Shown here piece by piece: positions 48,289 to 57,755 of a stretch of 64,000 nucleotides of DNA. The notes under the pieces are model-generated. The model saw only the letters and a program-made list of their open reading frames with translations, was not told where the DNA came from and did no database searches. Numbering within the stretch: the first letter of the stretch is position 1; each line of letters begins with the position of its first letter. This DNA comes from Dehalococcoidia bacterium (GTDB taxonomy: Bacteria; Chloroflexota; Dehalococcoidia; Lucifugimonadales; Australimonadaceae): NCBI GenBank assembly GCA_965248065.1, contig OZ252088.1:1827343-1891342 (forward strand). The letters run 5' to 3'. The position numbers and the translations under genes were made by a program.

Positions 48289-48311
48289 CCTTCCCGCCTT
48301 CGCGGGAATGA
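47307..48311 (+). CDS. IS30 transposase (334 aa; stop supplied by target REP)
   Basis: DDE motifs; ends CGFTFPPSRE*. Confidence 0.93.
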   Translation: MEYRQLCIEERCEIARLRAKGSSVRQVATTLDRAASTVARELKRNALRTDGYQASPAQERARARRWTGARLERDEGLRERVLAGLKWGWSPEQVAHEMRREEGRTVTSDESIYRFVYAQAARHKDHDWRRYLPRAKWKRGRRGRRGGSSVSFIPLRRPVAERPAAAADRRTFGHWEADTMQFGRSGEVVLALQERSSRLLLLARAPSKEAGPIAESIARMLGPLPPEFRQTVTFDNGTEFTRHYELHRLGIETFFCDTYSPWQKGGVENAIGRLRRFLPRGTNLGEVSDERFALIGQAYNNTPRKCLGYRTPAGVVEEQVLHFKCGFTFPPSRE

Positions 48312-48468
48312 CGGATAGGGAGCGGAGCGCCTTATCGAGCCACGACGGATGGGCACTCCTCTTACTGGAAGACGCCGTGGGCCGGAAACGGTGAAGGCCC
48401 GGCGTCATCTCCCCTAACGCCAGGCCTCCGCACCGGGCCAACGTCTGCGCCAGCCAACGAGGGCTGGG

Positions 48469-48693
48469 CTAGCTCACTCTCTTGACCTCAAGGGTCTCCC
48501 CAGGAGCGAGCGCCACTCGCCGCACGTTGATCCCCAGCTTGAGGAGCCAGTAGCCAAGGGTGGCCTTGGACACCTCGAGCTCGGCGGCGGTGGCCGAGAG
48601 CCCATTCTCGTTGATCTTTTCCGGCAGCAAACGTTCGAGCGGCTGGTGGAAGCGCTCCTCCACCTGCTGCATCAGCCGAGTCTTTCGCGCCAT
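48469..48693 (-). CDS. small HTH DNA-binding protein
   Basis: GLSATAAELEVSKATLGYWL HTH; GGAG RBS. Confidence 0.8.
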   Translation of the reverse strand: MARKTRLMQQVEERFHQPLERLLPEKINENGLSATAAELEVSKATLGYWLLKLGINVRRVALAPGETLEVKRVS

Positions 48694-48922
48694 GTCGACT
48701 CCCTTCCTCAAGCTACCCTCAGGCAGCTAGCGTTCGGGCCGATTCTATACCCATACCTGACCATCTTGTCAACACTCCGTCTATCCAAGAATATAGACAT
48801 TGTTTAGGAAATGTTCAGAACACGCCTAAGAAGGCCCTTCCCTGCTATGATTCGAAATGCCGTGCGCCAGTCCGTTATGGGCTGGAAGGCAATTTCACTC
48901 TTTCGAACACGGGCCTCTGACC

Positions 48923-49390
48923 TTGCCAGACGAACTTATCGTCATCCTGACCGCAATGACCCCCATCGGCGAGCTACGCGCCTCGGCGCCCCTTGCAATC
49001 GTGTCCTACGACATGTGGTGGCTGAAGGCGTTCGGGCTGTCCGTGGCCGGGAACCTGCTGCCGATTCCGTTCCTCTTATATGGGCTGCGCACGGTGGGGG
49101 CGCGCATCGAGAGGCAGGAGAACGTGCTCGGCCGTCTCCTGCGCTGGCGGACGGAACGCATCGAGCGGACGTGGGGGGAGCGGGTCCGGCGCTACGGGTT
49201 CTTCGGCATCGTCCTGGTCGTCGCCATTCCCCTACCCTTCACCGGGGCATGGACCGGGACGCTCGCGGTGTGGGCGCTGGGCGAGCCCGCGCGGCGCGGT
49301 CTGCCGGCGATAGCGGTCGGCGTGCTAATTGCGGGCGCCATCGTGACGGCCCTAACGGTCGCGGGCGTGGAGCTGATCAGGCTGACGTAG
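48923..49390 (+). CDS. small multidrug export-like membrane protein (COG2426)
   Basis: PIGELRASAP, GNLLP, VAIPLPFTGAWTG. Confidence 0.85.
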   Translation: MPDELIVILTAMTPIGELRASAPLAIVSYDMWWLKAFGLSVAGNLLPIPFLLYGLRTVGARIERQENVLGRLLRWRTERIERTWGERVRRYGFFGIVLVVAIPLPFTGAWTGTLAVWALGEPARRGLPAIAVGVLIAGAIVTALTVAGVELIRLT

Positions 49391-49420
49391 GAGCCTCCCT
49401 CCCTAGCCCTCCCCACAGAC

Positions 49421-49742
49421 GAGACCTTTGCGTAACTGCCCAACGCCCGGAATCCGGGGGCGAGGTTCCCGCCTGCGCGGGAATGACGGAAGGGAGCGAC
49501 CCCCTCTCTAGCCCTCCCCCGCAGACGGGACCCTTGCGTAACCCTATTTTCTGGCGGGCGTAACTCTTCCCACCCACCCACCCGTCATGTTTGTGGGGGA
49601 CACCCCCACGCCCCCGGCAGAGGGGCGGCGCCCCTCTGCGCTCCCCGTTCATATGGCTGGGACCGTCTAATCCTCTTCCTAACCTTGCTTCACGCGAGGC
49701 GGGGAGAGACGGAGCCCTCACGGGGGATTATGCAAAGGTCTC
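49421..49742. mobile_element. MITE-like element with GAGACCTTTGC termini (nested second left end at 49527)
   Basis: GAGACCTTTGCGTAA ... TTATGCAAAGGTCTC; flanks ACAGAC / GCAGGC. Confidence 0.65.
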
Positions 49743-49830
49743 GCAGGCGGGAGAGGGAATCAGGCGCTAGCGCGCGGGGATTCGCACGGGCGGGGATGCT
49801 GGGACGCGGAGTAGAATCAGGGTAAGCGAT

Positions 49831-50346
49831 GTGCAGGAGGCGGCATTGAACCTCTGGGATAAGACGAAACGCAACCACGGGCTGGAGCACGCAACGATCT
49901 CGTTGCTCCTGGCCCAGCTCCCCCACGACAAGCCGATGGCAGGCTACTCGATACCCGCCGGGTTTCTGGTGCTCGGAAACGTGACGGCCGAGCAGGTGGA
50001 AGAAACGGCGCACGAAGCGCTGCGGCGCATGAAGAGCGGCGAGGGCGACTTGGCGATCTCCCCGTTCTGCGGGACGAATATCGTGGTAGGGGCCGGGCTC
50101 GCGACCATCGCGTCCCTCGCGGGCTACCGGATGGCGGGGCGCGGGGTGGCCGGAGTCAGCCGGGCGTTCTCCAACACCGTCCTCGCTATCGTCGCCTCAC
50201 GTCCGCTTGGCCGCCTCGTGCAGCAGCGCTACACCACATCGCCCGATGTCGAGGCGATGTCGATCGAGAGCATCACTCAGCACCAACTCGGCAAGGTGAG
50301 AGCGCACTGGGTGGCAACGAGCTTTCGCCTAGCGTCCGACCTTTAA
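49831..50346 (+). CDS. conserved hypothetical membrane protein (DUF6391-like)
   Basis: RNHGLEHATI, LAISPFCGTN. Confidence 0.75.
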   Translation: MQEAALNLWDKTKRNHGLEHATISLLLAQLPHDKPMAGYSIPAGFLVLGNVTAEQVEETAHEALRRMKSGEGDLAISPFCGTNIVVGAGLATIASLAGYRMAGRGVAGVSRAFSNTVLAIVASRPLGRLVQQRYTTSPDVEAMSIESITQHQLGKVRAHWVATSFRLASDL

Positions 50347-50373
50347 CGCCACGCCGGGCCTCAGGTCCAACCC

Positions 50374-51156
50374 CTAACGTCCGGTAAAGATGGGCTTCCG
50401 CTTCTCGACGAAAGCGACGTGCCCTTCGCGCCGGTCCTCGGTGAGGGCGAGCATCGCCGAGCAACGCTGCTCGTACTGGATCCCGCTGTCGACATCCACG
50501 TCCATCGCGACGTTGACGGCGTTCTTGATGCCGGCGAGGGAGAGCGGGGGCAGCTCGAGCAAGCGGTCCGCCCATGCGCGGGCTTCCGCCATCAGGCGAT
50601 CCGGCGGGGCCGTCTCGTTCACCAAACCCCAGTTCAGGGCGGTGGGGGCGTCGATGAACTTGCCGAGGAGCATCATCTCCTTGGCCCTCGCCGGGCCGAC
50701 GAGCCTGGGGAGCCGTTGGGTGCCGCCCGCCCCCGGGAGGATGCCGAGGGTGAGCTCCGGCAAGGCCATGCGGGCATCGGCGCTCGCGATGCGCAGGTCG
50801 CAGGCCATTGCCAGCTCGAGTCCTCCGCCCGCGGCAACGCCGTTTATGGCGGCGATGCTCACCTGGTTCAGCCGCTCCAATCTGCGGAAGGTGGGGGAGA
50901 TGACGGAGGAGGTCCGCGCGAACGAGAGGTCGTCGATGTTCTCGGTGCGCTCCTTGATGTCGGCGCCGGCGCAGAAGGCGCGTCCGGCCCCGGTCACGAT
51001 AAGGACGCGGACGTTGGGATTGGTCTCCATGTCGGTGACGAATTGCTGGAGCTCGGCGGCGAGCTCACGGCTTATGGCGTTGAGGCGGTGCTGCCGGTCG
51101 AGGGTGAGGATGCCGAGGGGTCCTTCGGTCTCGAATCGGATGGTGTTGTAGGTCAT
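50374..51156 (-). CDS. enoyl-CoA hydratase/isomerase
   Basis: AFCAGAD, GGGLELAMACD, PELTLG..PGAGGTQRL. Confidence 0.93.
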   Translation of the reverse strand: MTYNTIRFETEGPLGILTLDRQHRLNAISRELAAELQQFVTDMETNPNVRVLIVTGAGRAFCAGADIKERTENIDDLSFARTSSVISPTFRRLERLNQVSIAAINGVAAGGGLELAMACDLRIASADARMALPELTLGILPGAGGTQRLPRLVGPARAKEMMLLGKFIDAPTALNWGLVNETAPPDRLMAEARAWADRLLELPPLSLAGIKNAVNVAMDVDVDSGIQYEQRCSAMLALTEDRREGHVAFVEKRKPIFTGR

Positions 51157-51218
51157 GGCGGTTTCCTTTTGTGTAAAGTCAGATTCTGTCTCCAAGGCGG
51201 CGGCGTAAGCAGGCCCGC

Positions 51219-51247
51219 TTGACCGTGCGGAAGGGCAACACTATATT
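51219..51247 (+). promoter_or_regulatory. sigma70 promoter of tRNA
   Basis: TTGACC-17nt-TATATT. Confidence 0.7.
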
Positions 51248-51255
51248 CGAAAGAC

Positions 51256-51332
51256 GCCCCAGTAGCTCAGGTGGATAGAGCGGCTGCCTTCTAAGCAGCG
51301 GGTCACGGGTTCGAATCCTGTCTGGGGCGCCA
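51256..51332 (+). tRNA. tRNA-Arg(UCU)
   Basis: Cloverleaf, anticodon arm GCTGC-CTTCTAA-GCAGC, GTTCGAATC, CCA end. Confidence 0.96.
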
Positions 51333-51366
51333 GATTTCTACGTTGCAGCAAGCACTGCCCTGCCCC

Positions 51367-52599
51367 CTACGCAGGCGGGTTGGCTCCGTGGGCGGCCCAG
51401 ACTGCCTGCATGTCGTCGGCGATCGCCTGGGGCTGGCCGGTAAGGAACGGGAATCGAGGAGGGCTCGCGCCAGCCAGGCCCGGCCGGCCTCCCCCACGAC
51501 CGACACGCGGCAGAGGCAGCATGCGGTTTCGGCCAGCGTCGCGAAGCACGCCTTTGGGGTCTCCGCCGTCGGCAACGGTCTTCAGGTCGTCCATGAAGCG
51601 CTTCCTGACCATGATGACGCCCCGATCACTCTCGCCAAGGTGCTCGTTCCAGCGGTCGGACACGACCCCCTGCCCGACCCACGCGACGAAGTCTTGGTTC
51701 ATGACATGGCTCGTAATCCACCGGCCGGTCTGCTCGTCACGGATAGGAGCGTTCCAGTACGGGACGGCCGCTTGCTCAAAGGGGCGCTCGCCGGGAACCG
51801 GGTCGATGAACCAGCCGACGCTGAGGGTCGTCTCGTCGTCTATGGGCACGCGCCATTCGAAATGGCCGGTGTAGAGCGCATTGGGCCAGAGGCAGACGCG
51901 GCCTACCGTCCAGAGCTCGTTCTCCTCGTCGGTGTCGGCGCGGACGCGGCGGTAGCGAAAGCCGAACTCGAACTCGTCGAAGCCGACTCTGAGGTGAGCG
52001 GGCGACGCGCCGTCTTCACCATTCAGGCGCAGGGACCAGTTGGAATGGAGCCATTCGAAATGCACGGGGTCGATAGAGTTCTCCTGGCATTGGAGCCAGT
52101 TACAGGGAACGGTGGCGAAGACTATCTGCTTGTACCCACGGTCGTAGTAGCGGTCCCAGTCCCATAGCTCGGGCACAGGAGGCTCGCCGATGTAGGCCCA
52201 GAGCAAGCCTGCCTTGGCGCGGACGTGGCGCGCTTTGACCGTTATCTTGTCCTTGAACCCGGCGTCCGGGCGAGCCTTCTCTTCGAAGGGCTGCGCGAGG
52301 CAGCGCCCGGTCTCGTCGAACAGCCAGCCGTGGTAGCTACAGCGGAGGCCATGCTGCTCGACCCATCCATAGGAGAGGTCCGCGCGGCGGTGCGGGCAGT
52401 GCCGCTCGAGGAGGCCGTAGGCACCGGCCTTGTCTCTGTACAACACGAAGTCTTCACCCATGAGGCGGACGGGCTTGACGGGGGCGCCGTCCATCTCGGC
52501 GACGGCGGCGATGGGATGCCAGTAGCGGCGCATGAGCTCGCCCATAGGCGTGCCGGGGCCGACCTGCCGAAGTAGGTCATTCTCTTGGCGTGTCAGCAT
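51367..52599 (-). CDS. Rieske non-heme iron oxygenase alpha subunit (phthalate 4,5-dioxygenase/LigXa-like)
   Basis: CPHR..CSYHGW Rieske motif; ENSIDPVHFEWLH. Confidence 0.92.
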   Translation of the reverse strand: MLTRQENDLLRQVGPGTPMGELMRRYWHPIAAVAEMDGAPVKPVRLMGEDFVLYRDKAGAYGLLERHCPHRRADLSYGWVEQHGLRCSYHGWLFDETGRCLAQPFEEKARPDAGFKDKITVKARHVRAKAGLLWAYIGEPPVPELWDWDRYYDRGYKQIVFATVPCNWLQCQENSIDPVHFEWLHSNWSLRLNGEDGASPAHLRVGFDEFEFGFRYRRVRADTDEENELWTVGRVCLWPNALYTGHFEWRVPIDDETTLSVGWFIDPVPGERPFEQAAVPYWNAPIRDEQTGRWITSHVMNQDFVAWVGQGVVSDRWNEHLGESDRGVIMVRKRFMDDLKTVADGGDPKGVLRDAGRNRMLPLPRVGRGGGRPGLAGASPPRFPFLTGQPQAIADDMQAVWAAHGANPPA

Positions 52600-52903
52600 G
52601 CGCGTCTCCTCGGCTCCGGGGCTTGGCCCTTCCCGTTCGGCGGGGTCAGCGGGGGCCGCCACCGCTCCAGCGGACGGTATGACGCGGCGCTCCGTTTCGT
52701 CAACGGCTATGGGCGGGCGCGGCCCGCGCTGCGGACGCTCAATCGAGGGTCCGTGAGCGAGAGGGCGTCCTGCGTCGGGCGGGCTGGCGGCGGCTCTCCT
52801 CGTCCCGTGGCGGACGATCTCGAGGGACGCCGCCTGCGTTGCGCCGGATTGGACAACCCCGTACAGTGAGCAGAGGTCGGCTTGCGACGCAAGGAGAGAG
52901 AGT

Positions 52904-54001
52904 ATGGCCATCTGGAGCAAGCTCCGGGGCGAATTCGTTGACATCGTCGAGTGGACGGACGATTCACAAGATACCCTCGTCTACCGTTTCCAACGGCACG
53001 CCAACGAGATCAAGTACGGCGCGCAGCTAGTGGTCCGCGAGGGGCAGAACGCAGCTTTCGTGAACCAAGGCAAGCTGGCCGACGTTTTCGAGCCCGGCAG
53101 GCACATCCTGGAAACCGACAACCTGCCTATCCTGTCAACCCTCCAGGGCTGGAAGTACGGCTTCTCGAGCCCATTCAAGGCGGAGGTCTACTTCGTAAGC
53201 ACCAGGCGATTCACAGACCTCAAATGGGGCACCAAGAACCCCGTGATGCTTCGTGACCAGGATTTCGGGCTCGTGCGTCTGCGTGCGTTCGGCACCTACG
53301 CTATCCGCGTTCACGACACCGCCGTCTTGCTGCGAGAGCTCGTGGGCACCTCGGGCCACTACAGGACCGACGAGATCACGGATCAGTTGCGCAACGTCAT
53401 CGTTTCGCGATTCGCCGACCTCCTGGGCGAAAGCAATATTCCCGCCTTGGACTTGGTCTCGAACTACGATGAGCTTGGCTCCTTTATGACCTCCAAGGTG
53501 AGGCCCGAGTTCAACGCCTACGGGCTCGAGCTCACGAAGCTCCTCGTCGAGAACATCTCGCTGCCTGCAGAGGTCGAGGCCGCCCTCGACAAGCGCACCA
53601 GCATAGGCGCGGTCGGCAACCTGAACGCGTTCTCCCAATTCCAAGCGGCAACGGCCATGGAGGCCGCCGCCAACAACCCCGGCACCGCAGGCGGCGCGGT
53701 CGGCTTAGGCATGGGCATGATGATGGGCGGTCAGATGGGCCAGGCCGCCACGCCACCGGCAGCACCGCCCGCCCCGCCACCCGTGCCCCAGCCGGCGCAA
53801 TTCTTCGTGGCCGTCAACGGACAGCAGACGGGGCCATTCGACATGAACGCGCTGGCGATGCACATTCAACAGGGGCAGCTCACTCGCGACACCCTTGTGT
53901 GGCAAGCGGGCATGGCGCAATGGACGAGAGCAGCGGATGTCAACACGTTGGCCGCGCTGTTCGGCGCGGCGCCGCCTCCACTGCCGCCGCAGGTCCCGTA
54001 G
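52904..54001 (+). CDS. SPFH domain protein with C-terminal GYF_2/DUF4339-like domain
   Basis: LVVREGQ, SPFKAEVYF, VENISLP; GQQTGPF..TLVW..GM..W. Confidence 0.85.
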   Translation: MAIWSKLRGEFVDIVEWTDDSQDTLVYRFQRHANEIKYGAQLVVREGQNAAFVNQGKLADVFEPGRHILETDNLPILSTLQGWKYGFSSPFKAEVYFVSTRRFTDLKWGTKNPVMLRDQDFGLVRLRAFGTYAIRVHDTAVLLRELVGTSGHYRTDEITDQLRNVIVSRFADLLGESNIPALDLVSNYDELGSFMTSKVRPEFNAYGLELTKLLVENISLPAEVEAALDKRTSIGAVGNLNAFSQFQAATAMEAAANNPGTAGGAVGLGMGMMMGGQMGQAATPPAAPPAPPPVPQPAQFFVAVNGQQTGPFDMNALAMHIQQGQLTRDTLVWQAGMAQWTRAADVNTLAALFGAAPPPLPPQVP

Positions 54002-54036
54002 GCGCGTCCGGAACACAGTCCCTGAACAGGAGCGCC

Positions 54037-55131
54037 ATGACCGAAACGCAGGTTGAGCCCCAGCGCAATCAATTCTCGTGCGGGCAGTGCGGGTCGCTGC
54101 TCGAGTTCCAGCCGGGCGCAGGCGTGCTCGTCTGTCAACATTGTGGCGCCGAAACCCTCCTCCCCGAATCCGGAGAGGAGATCGAGGAACTGGACTTTCA
54201 TGAGCGGCTGGCATCCTTGGAGGACGATGAGGAAGTCGAAGAGGCTCTCACTGTCGCCTGCCCAAGCTGCGGCGCGGAATTCGAGCGAGACGCAGGGCTT
54301 TCCTCCGAGGCGTGCCCCTTCTGCGGCGCCACCATCGTAGCGGCGGGCGGCTCCCACAAACAGATCAAGCCGCGCTCGCTGTTGCCATTCAAGGTGGAGC
54401 GCGCGAGCGCTCGGGCGTTGTTCCGCGAATGGGTTTCGAAGCTTTGGTTCGCTCCCAACGATTTCAAGAAGCGCGCCCGATTGGACACGGCGCTCTCCGG
54501 CATGTACGTCCCGCATTGGACCTATGACGCTGCGGTAACCACGGAGTACAGCGGCCAGCGCGGGACCTATTACTACGTACCGGTAGTGGTATCCACTGGC
54601 AAAGGCACGACCACGATCATGCAGCGGTATACGGCATGGGTCCCGGTGCAAGACGTGGTGCACAACGCGTTCGACGACCTCTTGGTGCTCGCGAGCCACT
54701 CCCTGCCCACCCAGTACATGGAGAAGTTGGAGCCGTGGGGACTTTCCGATCTCGTCCCGTTCCAAAGCGAATATATGAGCGGTTTCCGCGCCGAGAGCTA
54801 CCAGGTGGGCCTCGAAGAAGGCTTCACCGAAGCCCGCAAGCAGATGGGCGGGCCGATACGCGACACCATCCGGAACGATATCGGCGGCGACGAGCAGATG
54901 GTCCAGTCGATGCACTCCGAGTTCAACAGCATCACCTTCAAACACATCCTGCTGCCCGTGTGGATCAGCGCGTACCGGTTCAGGAACAAGCCGTTCCGCT
55001 TCCTGATCAATGCTCGGACGGGAGAAGTGCAGGGTGAACGCCCCTGGAGTTGGATGAAGATAGCCTCGGCGGCAGGCGGAGTCGCGGCGCTGTTGGGGTC
55101 GGGCATCGCAGCTTTGGCGCTAACCCAGTAG
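54037..55131 (+). CDS. zinc-ribbon membrane-anchored protein
   Basis: Four CxxCG pairs, YVPHW, LLPVW, INARTGEVQGERP, C-terminal TM. Confidence 0.8.
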   Translation: MTETQVEPQRNQFSCGQCGSLLEFQPGAGVLVCQHCGAETLLPESGEEIEELDFHERLASLEDDEEVEEALTVACPSCGAEFERDAGLSSEACPFCGATIVAAGGSHKQIKPRSLLPFKVERASARALFREWVSKLWFAPNDFKKRARLDTALSGMYVPHWTYDAAVTTEYSGQRGTYYYVPVVVSTGKGTTTIMQRYTAWVPVQDVVHNAFDDLLVLASHSLPTQYMEKLEPWGLSDLVPFQSEYMSGFRAESYQVGLEEGFTEARKQMGGPIRDTIRNDIGGDEQMVQSMHSEFNSITFKHILLPVWISAYRFRNKPFRFLINARTGEVQGERPWSWMKIASAAGGVAALLGSGIAALALTQ

Positions 55132-55314
55132 ACCCCGCCCACGAGCCGCCGCTGAGGTTGCGCTTACCCCGACTCTTGGAGCAACTGGGCCAACCCCAGT
55201 AAGATGGGCTCGACGCTGGTCTGATGGGCGTGTTCAACCGGGCATGCCAGGCGGAGTATGTTCGTCCCGTGGCAGGCGGCGGAGCCAATGGCGGCGCTAG
55301 TTGAGGAGGCCATC

Positions 55315-56274
55315 ATGAGTGAGCTGGTGTTGGGAACAGACGAGGGCGTGTTCGCGTTCCATCCGGACAGCGGCAAGTTCCACGCGGAGGACGGCCCGAA
55401 CACGCGGGCGATGCTCGCCGCAGCCGGCGACACCGTTTACGCCGTAACCGATGACGCCGCAGTCTGGCGCCGGAGCGGGCACAACCAGTGGGAGCAGGTG
55501 AACTCCCGGGCGGTCGAGGTCCAGCCCTGGACGCTGGGGGCCGACGCGCGCGTGCCGGGGCTCGTATGGCTGGGCGTGTCGCCCGCGATGGTGTATCGGA
55601 GCGACGACGGGGGAGAGAGCTGGACGGGATGCGATTCGTTCAACGAGATCCCCGGCCGCGAGACGTGGACGTTCCCGCCCCCTCCGCACATTCCACATGT
55701 GCGCTCGATCTTCCCCGACCCCGCGCAAGCAGGCGGGGTATACGTCGGCGTCGAGGAGGGCGGCGTGTTCCGCAGCGTCGACGACGGCGCGACGTGGGAG
55801 AGTCTGAACGAAGGGCTCTTCTTCGACGTTCACGAGGTGATGGCGGACCCCGATGCGCATCACCTCTACGCGACCACAGGGGCAGGGTTCCATCGCAGCG
55901 AGGATGGCGGCCAGAGCTGGCGGCTGGTGAAGGAAGGCCTAGACCGGCCATACACGATGCCCTTGGTTGCGGCGCCGGAGGACTCGGGTCTGCTGTACAC
56001 GGCCGCCGCCGCAACTCCGCCGCCGGGATGGCGCACGAATGGCACGGCGAACGCCGCGATATACCGCAGCGAAGACGGCGGCATCCATTGGCTCCAGCTC
56101 GCGGAGGGCCTGCCGGTCTCCTTCGAGACGATGGTCCGGACGATGGTGGCCGGCCCCGGCGGCTCGCTGATAGCGGCTGCGGCCAGCGACCTCTACCTGA
56201 GCGAGGACCGTGGGGAGCACTGGAGCCTCGTGAAGTCCGACGTGCCCACCGTGAGGTCGATGGTGCTGGTGTAA
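55315..56274 (+). CDS. BNR/Asp-box beta-propeller protein
   Basis: Repeated RSxDGGxSW Asp-boxes. Confidence 0.85.
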   Translation: MSELVLGTDEGVFAFHPDSGKFHAEDGPNTRAMLAAAGDTVYAVTDDAAVWRRSGHNQWEQVNSRAVEVQPWTLGADARVPGLVWLGVSPAMVYRSDDGGESWTGCDSFNEIPGRETWTFPPPPHIPHVRSIFPDPAQAGGVYVGVEEGGVFRSVDDGATWESLNEGLFFDVHEVMADPDAHHLYATTGAGFHRSEDGGQSWRLVKEGLDRPYTMPLVAAPEDSGLLYTAAAATPPPGWRTNGTANAAIYRSEDGGIHWLQLAEGLPVSFETMVRTMVAGPGGSLIAAAASDLYLSEDRGEHWSLVKSDVPTVRSMVLV

Positions 56275-56427
56275 CGTCGCGGGGGCCAGTGCAGACCGGC
56301 CAACCGCTGGGAGACGATATCGACCCGCGAGCGCCGGTGGGCTGTCGCGGAGCGCCGGTAGGCTGTCGCGCGGGACTTGGCCGTCCCTGCGCCCCTACCC
56401 GCCTCGCTCAAACCCTCGCTGCCTCGG

Positions 56428-57681
56428 CTAGCCGGACGCCGTCTCGGCGCCGGTCTTGACCAGGGTCTCCTTTGCCACGAAGGCGAGCAGGACGCCGCCG
56501 ATGAGGAGGATGGGGGCGTAGGCGATGAATGGAGCGACGGGGCCGACGCTGTTGACGAGCAGGCCGCCGAGCAGCGGCGCGCTCACCCCTCCCACCTCCG
56601 CCGCGGTGCGACGGAATGCTTGGAGGCGTCCGCGCACGTGGCCGGGGAGAACGTCGTAGGTGCTGGCGGCAAGGGAGCCGAGCGATAGCCCGTTCGCCAG
56701 CGCCATGACCCCAACCAGCAGCGACAGCAGCAGGAACGTGTCGGCGAAGGGCACGAGCAGGAAGGCAATGCCCGGCAGGAAGGTGCTGGGAACAGTGCCC
56801 CACTTCCGGCCCAATTTGTCGAGAACGATACCGGCGGGAAGGATCATCGCGAACACGACGCCGCCCGAAATTGAGAAGAGCACGCCGATCTCGGTCGACG
56901 ACAGCCCCAGCTGCTCGTCGGCGTAGAGAGGCATGACGCTCTGGAGGGTGATGCGGAAGGTGAAACCGGCGAAGGTCGCGAACACGAACACCCAATAGCT
57001 GGCGCGCAGTCCGGGGTGAATCTCCTTGAACAGCGCGACCAAGTCGCGGACGCGGCGGCCCACTCCTCCGCCCGCAGCCGAAGGAGGAGCTGTGGCCGGG
57101 GCGCGCCGCCGCGCAGTGTCGTGGGCGAAGAGGCCAAGGGCCACGGCGAAGGACGTGACGACCGCGAAGCCGATAAAGGTGGCGCGGAATCCGAGGCCGT
57201 CGGCCAGCAGTCCTCCCGCGAGCGGGCCGATGGCGAGGGCCCCTGAGTGCATGCCGTGGAAGCCGCTGAGCACCCTACCCCGCTGGTCGTTCCGGACGAG
57301 GTCAATCCCGGCGATCTCCCTTCCCATCGCCCAGAGGCTGTCCCCTGTCCCCACCAAGAAGGTCGCGGCGAGGATGGGCAAGAACCATGGCGTACCCGCG
57401 CCAACGAGGGCGCCGACGAGGACGAGGGCGGGACCGCCGACCAAGAGCTTGCGTGAGCCAAAGCGATCGATGAGGACTCCCGCGCCGGGTATGCCGAAGA
57501 ACCGGCCAAGGGCATAGGCGGTGACGACTTGGGCGGCGGTGCCCGGCGAAACGTCGAAATACTCGGCCAGGACCGGCGTGATGGGCAGGACCATCGCCCA
57601 GCCGGCGCCCGATATGAGCGTGCCGGTGTAGAGGTTCGCCAAGCCGCGGGCGGACGGATTCCGTAGGAGGCCTAGCCGCAC
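56428..57681 (-). CDS. MFS transporter
   Basis: DRFGSR and DKLGRK motifs, ~12 TM. Confidence 0.9.
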   Translation of the reverse strand: MRLGLLRNPSARGLANLYTGTLISGAGWAMVLPITPVLAEYFDVSPGTAAQVVTAYALGRFFGIPGAGVLIDRFGSRKLLVGGPALVLVGALVGAGTPWFLPILAATFLVGTGDSLWAMGREIAGIDLVRNDQRGRVLSGFHGMHSGALAIGPLAGGLLADGLGFRATFIGFAVVTSFAVALGLFAHDTARRRAPATAPPSAAGGGVGRRVRDLVALFKEIHPGLRASYWVFVFATFAGFTFRITLQSVMPLYADEQLGLSSTEIGVLFSISGGVVFAMILPAGIVLDKLGRKWGTVPSTFLPGIAFLLVPFADTFLLLSLLVGVMALANGLSLGSLAASTYDVLPGHVRGRLQAFRRTAAEVGGVSAPLLGGLLVNSVGPVAPFIAYAPILLIGGVLLAFVAKETLVKTGAETASG

Positions 57682-57755
57682 CCTAACCCTCCCCCTCAGA
57701 CGGGAGAGGGGATTTTCGAGGCAATCCCTCATGTGGGGCTAACGCTCCGCACCCC

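Noticed and set aside
51256-51366. Island integrated at tRNA-Arg
   Set aside because: No att duplication or integrase; the flanking gene is metabolic.
56325-56372. 21-bp direct repeat GAGCGCCGGT(G/A)GGCTGTCGCG x2
   Set aside because: Only two copies between convergent genes; too little to assign a function.
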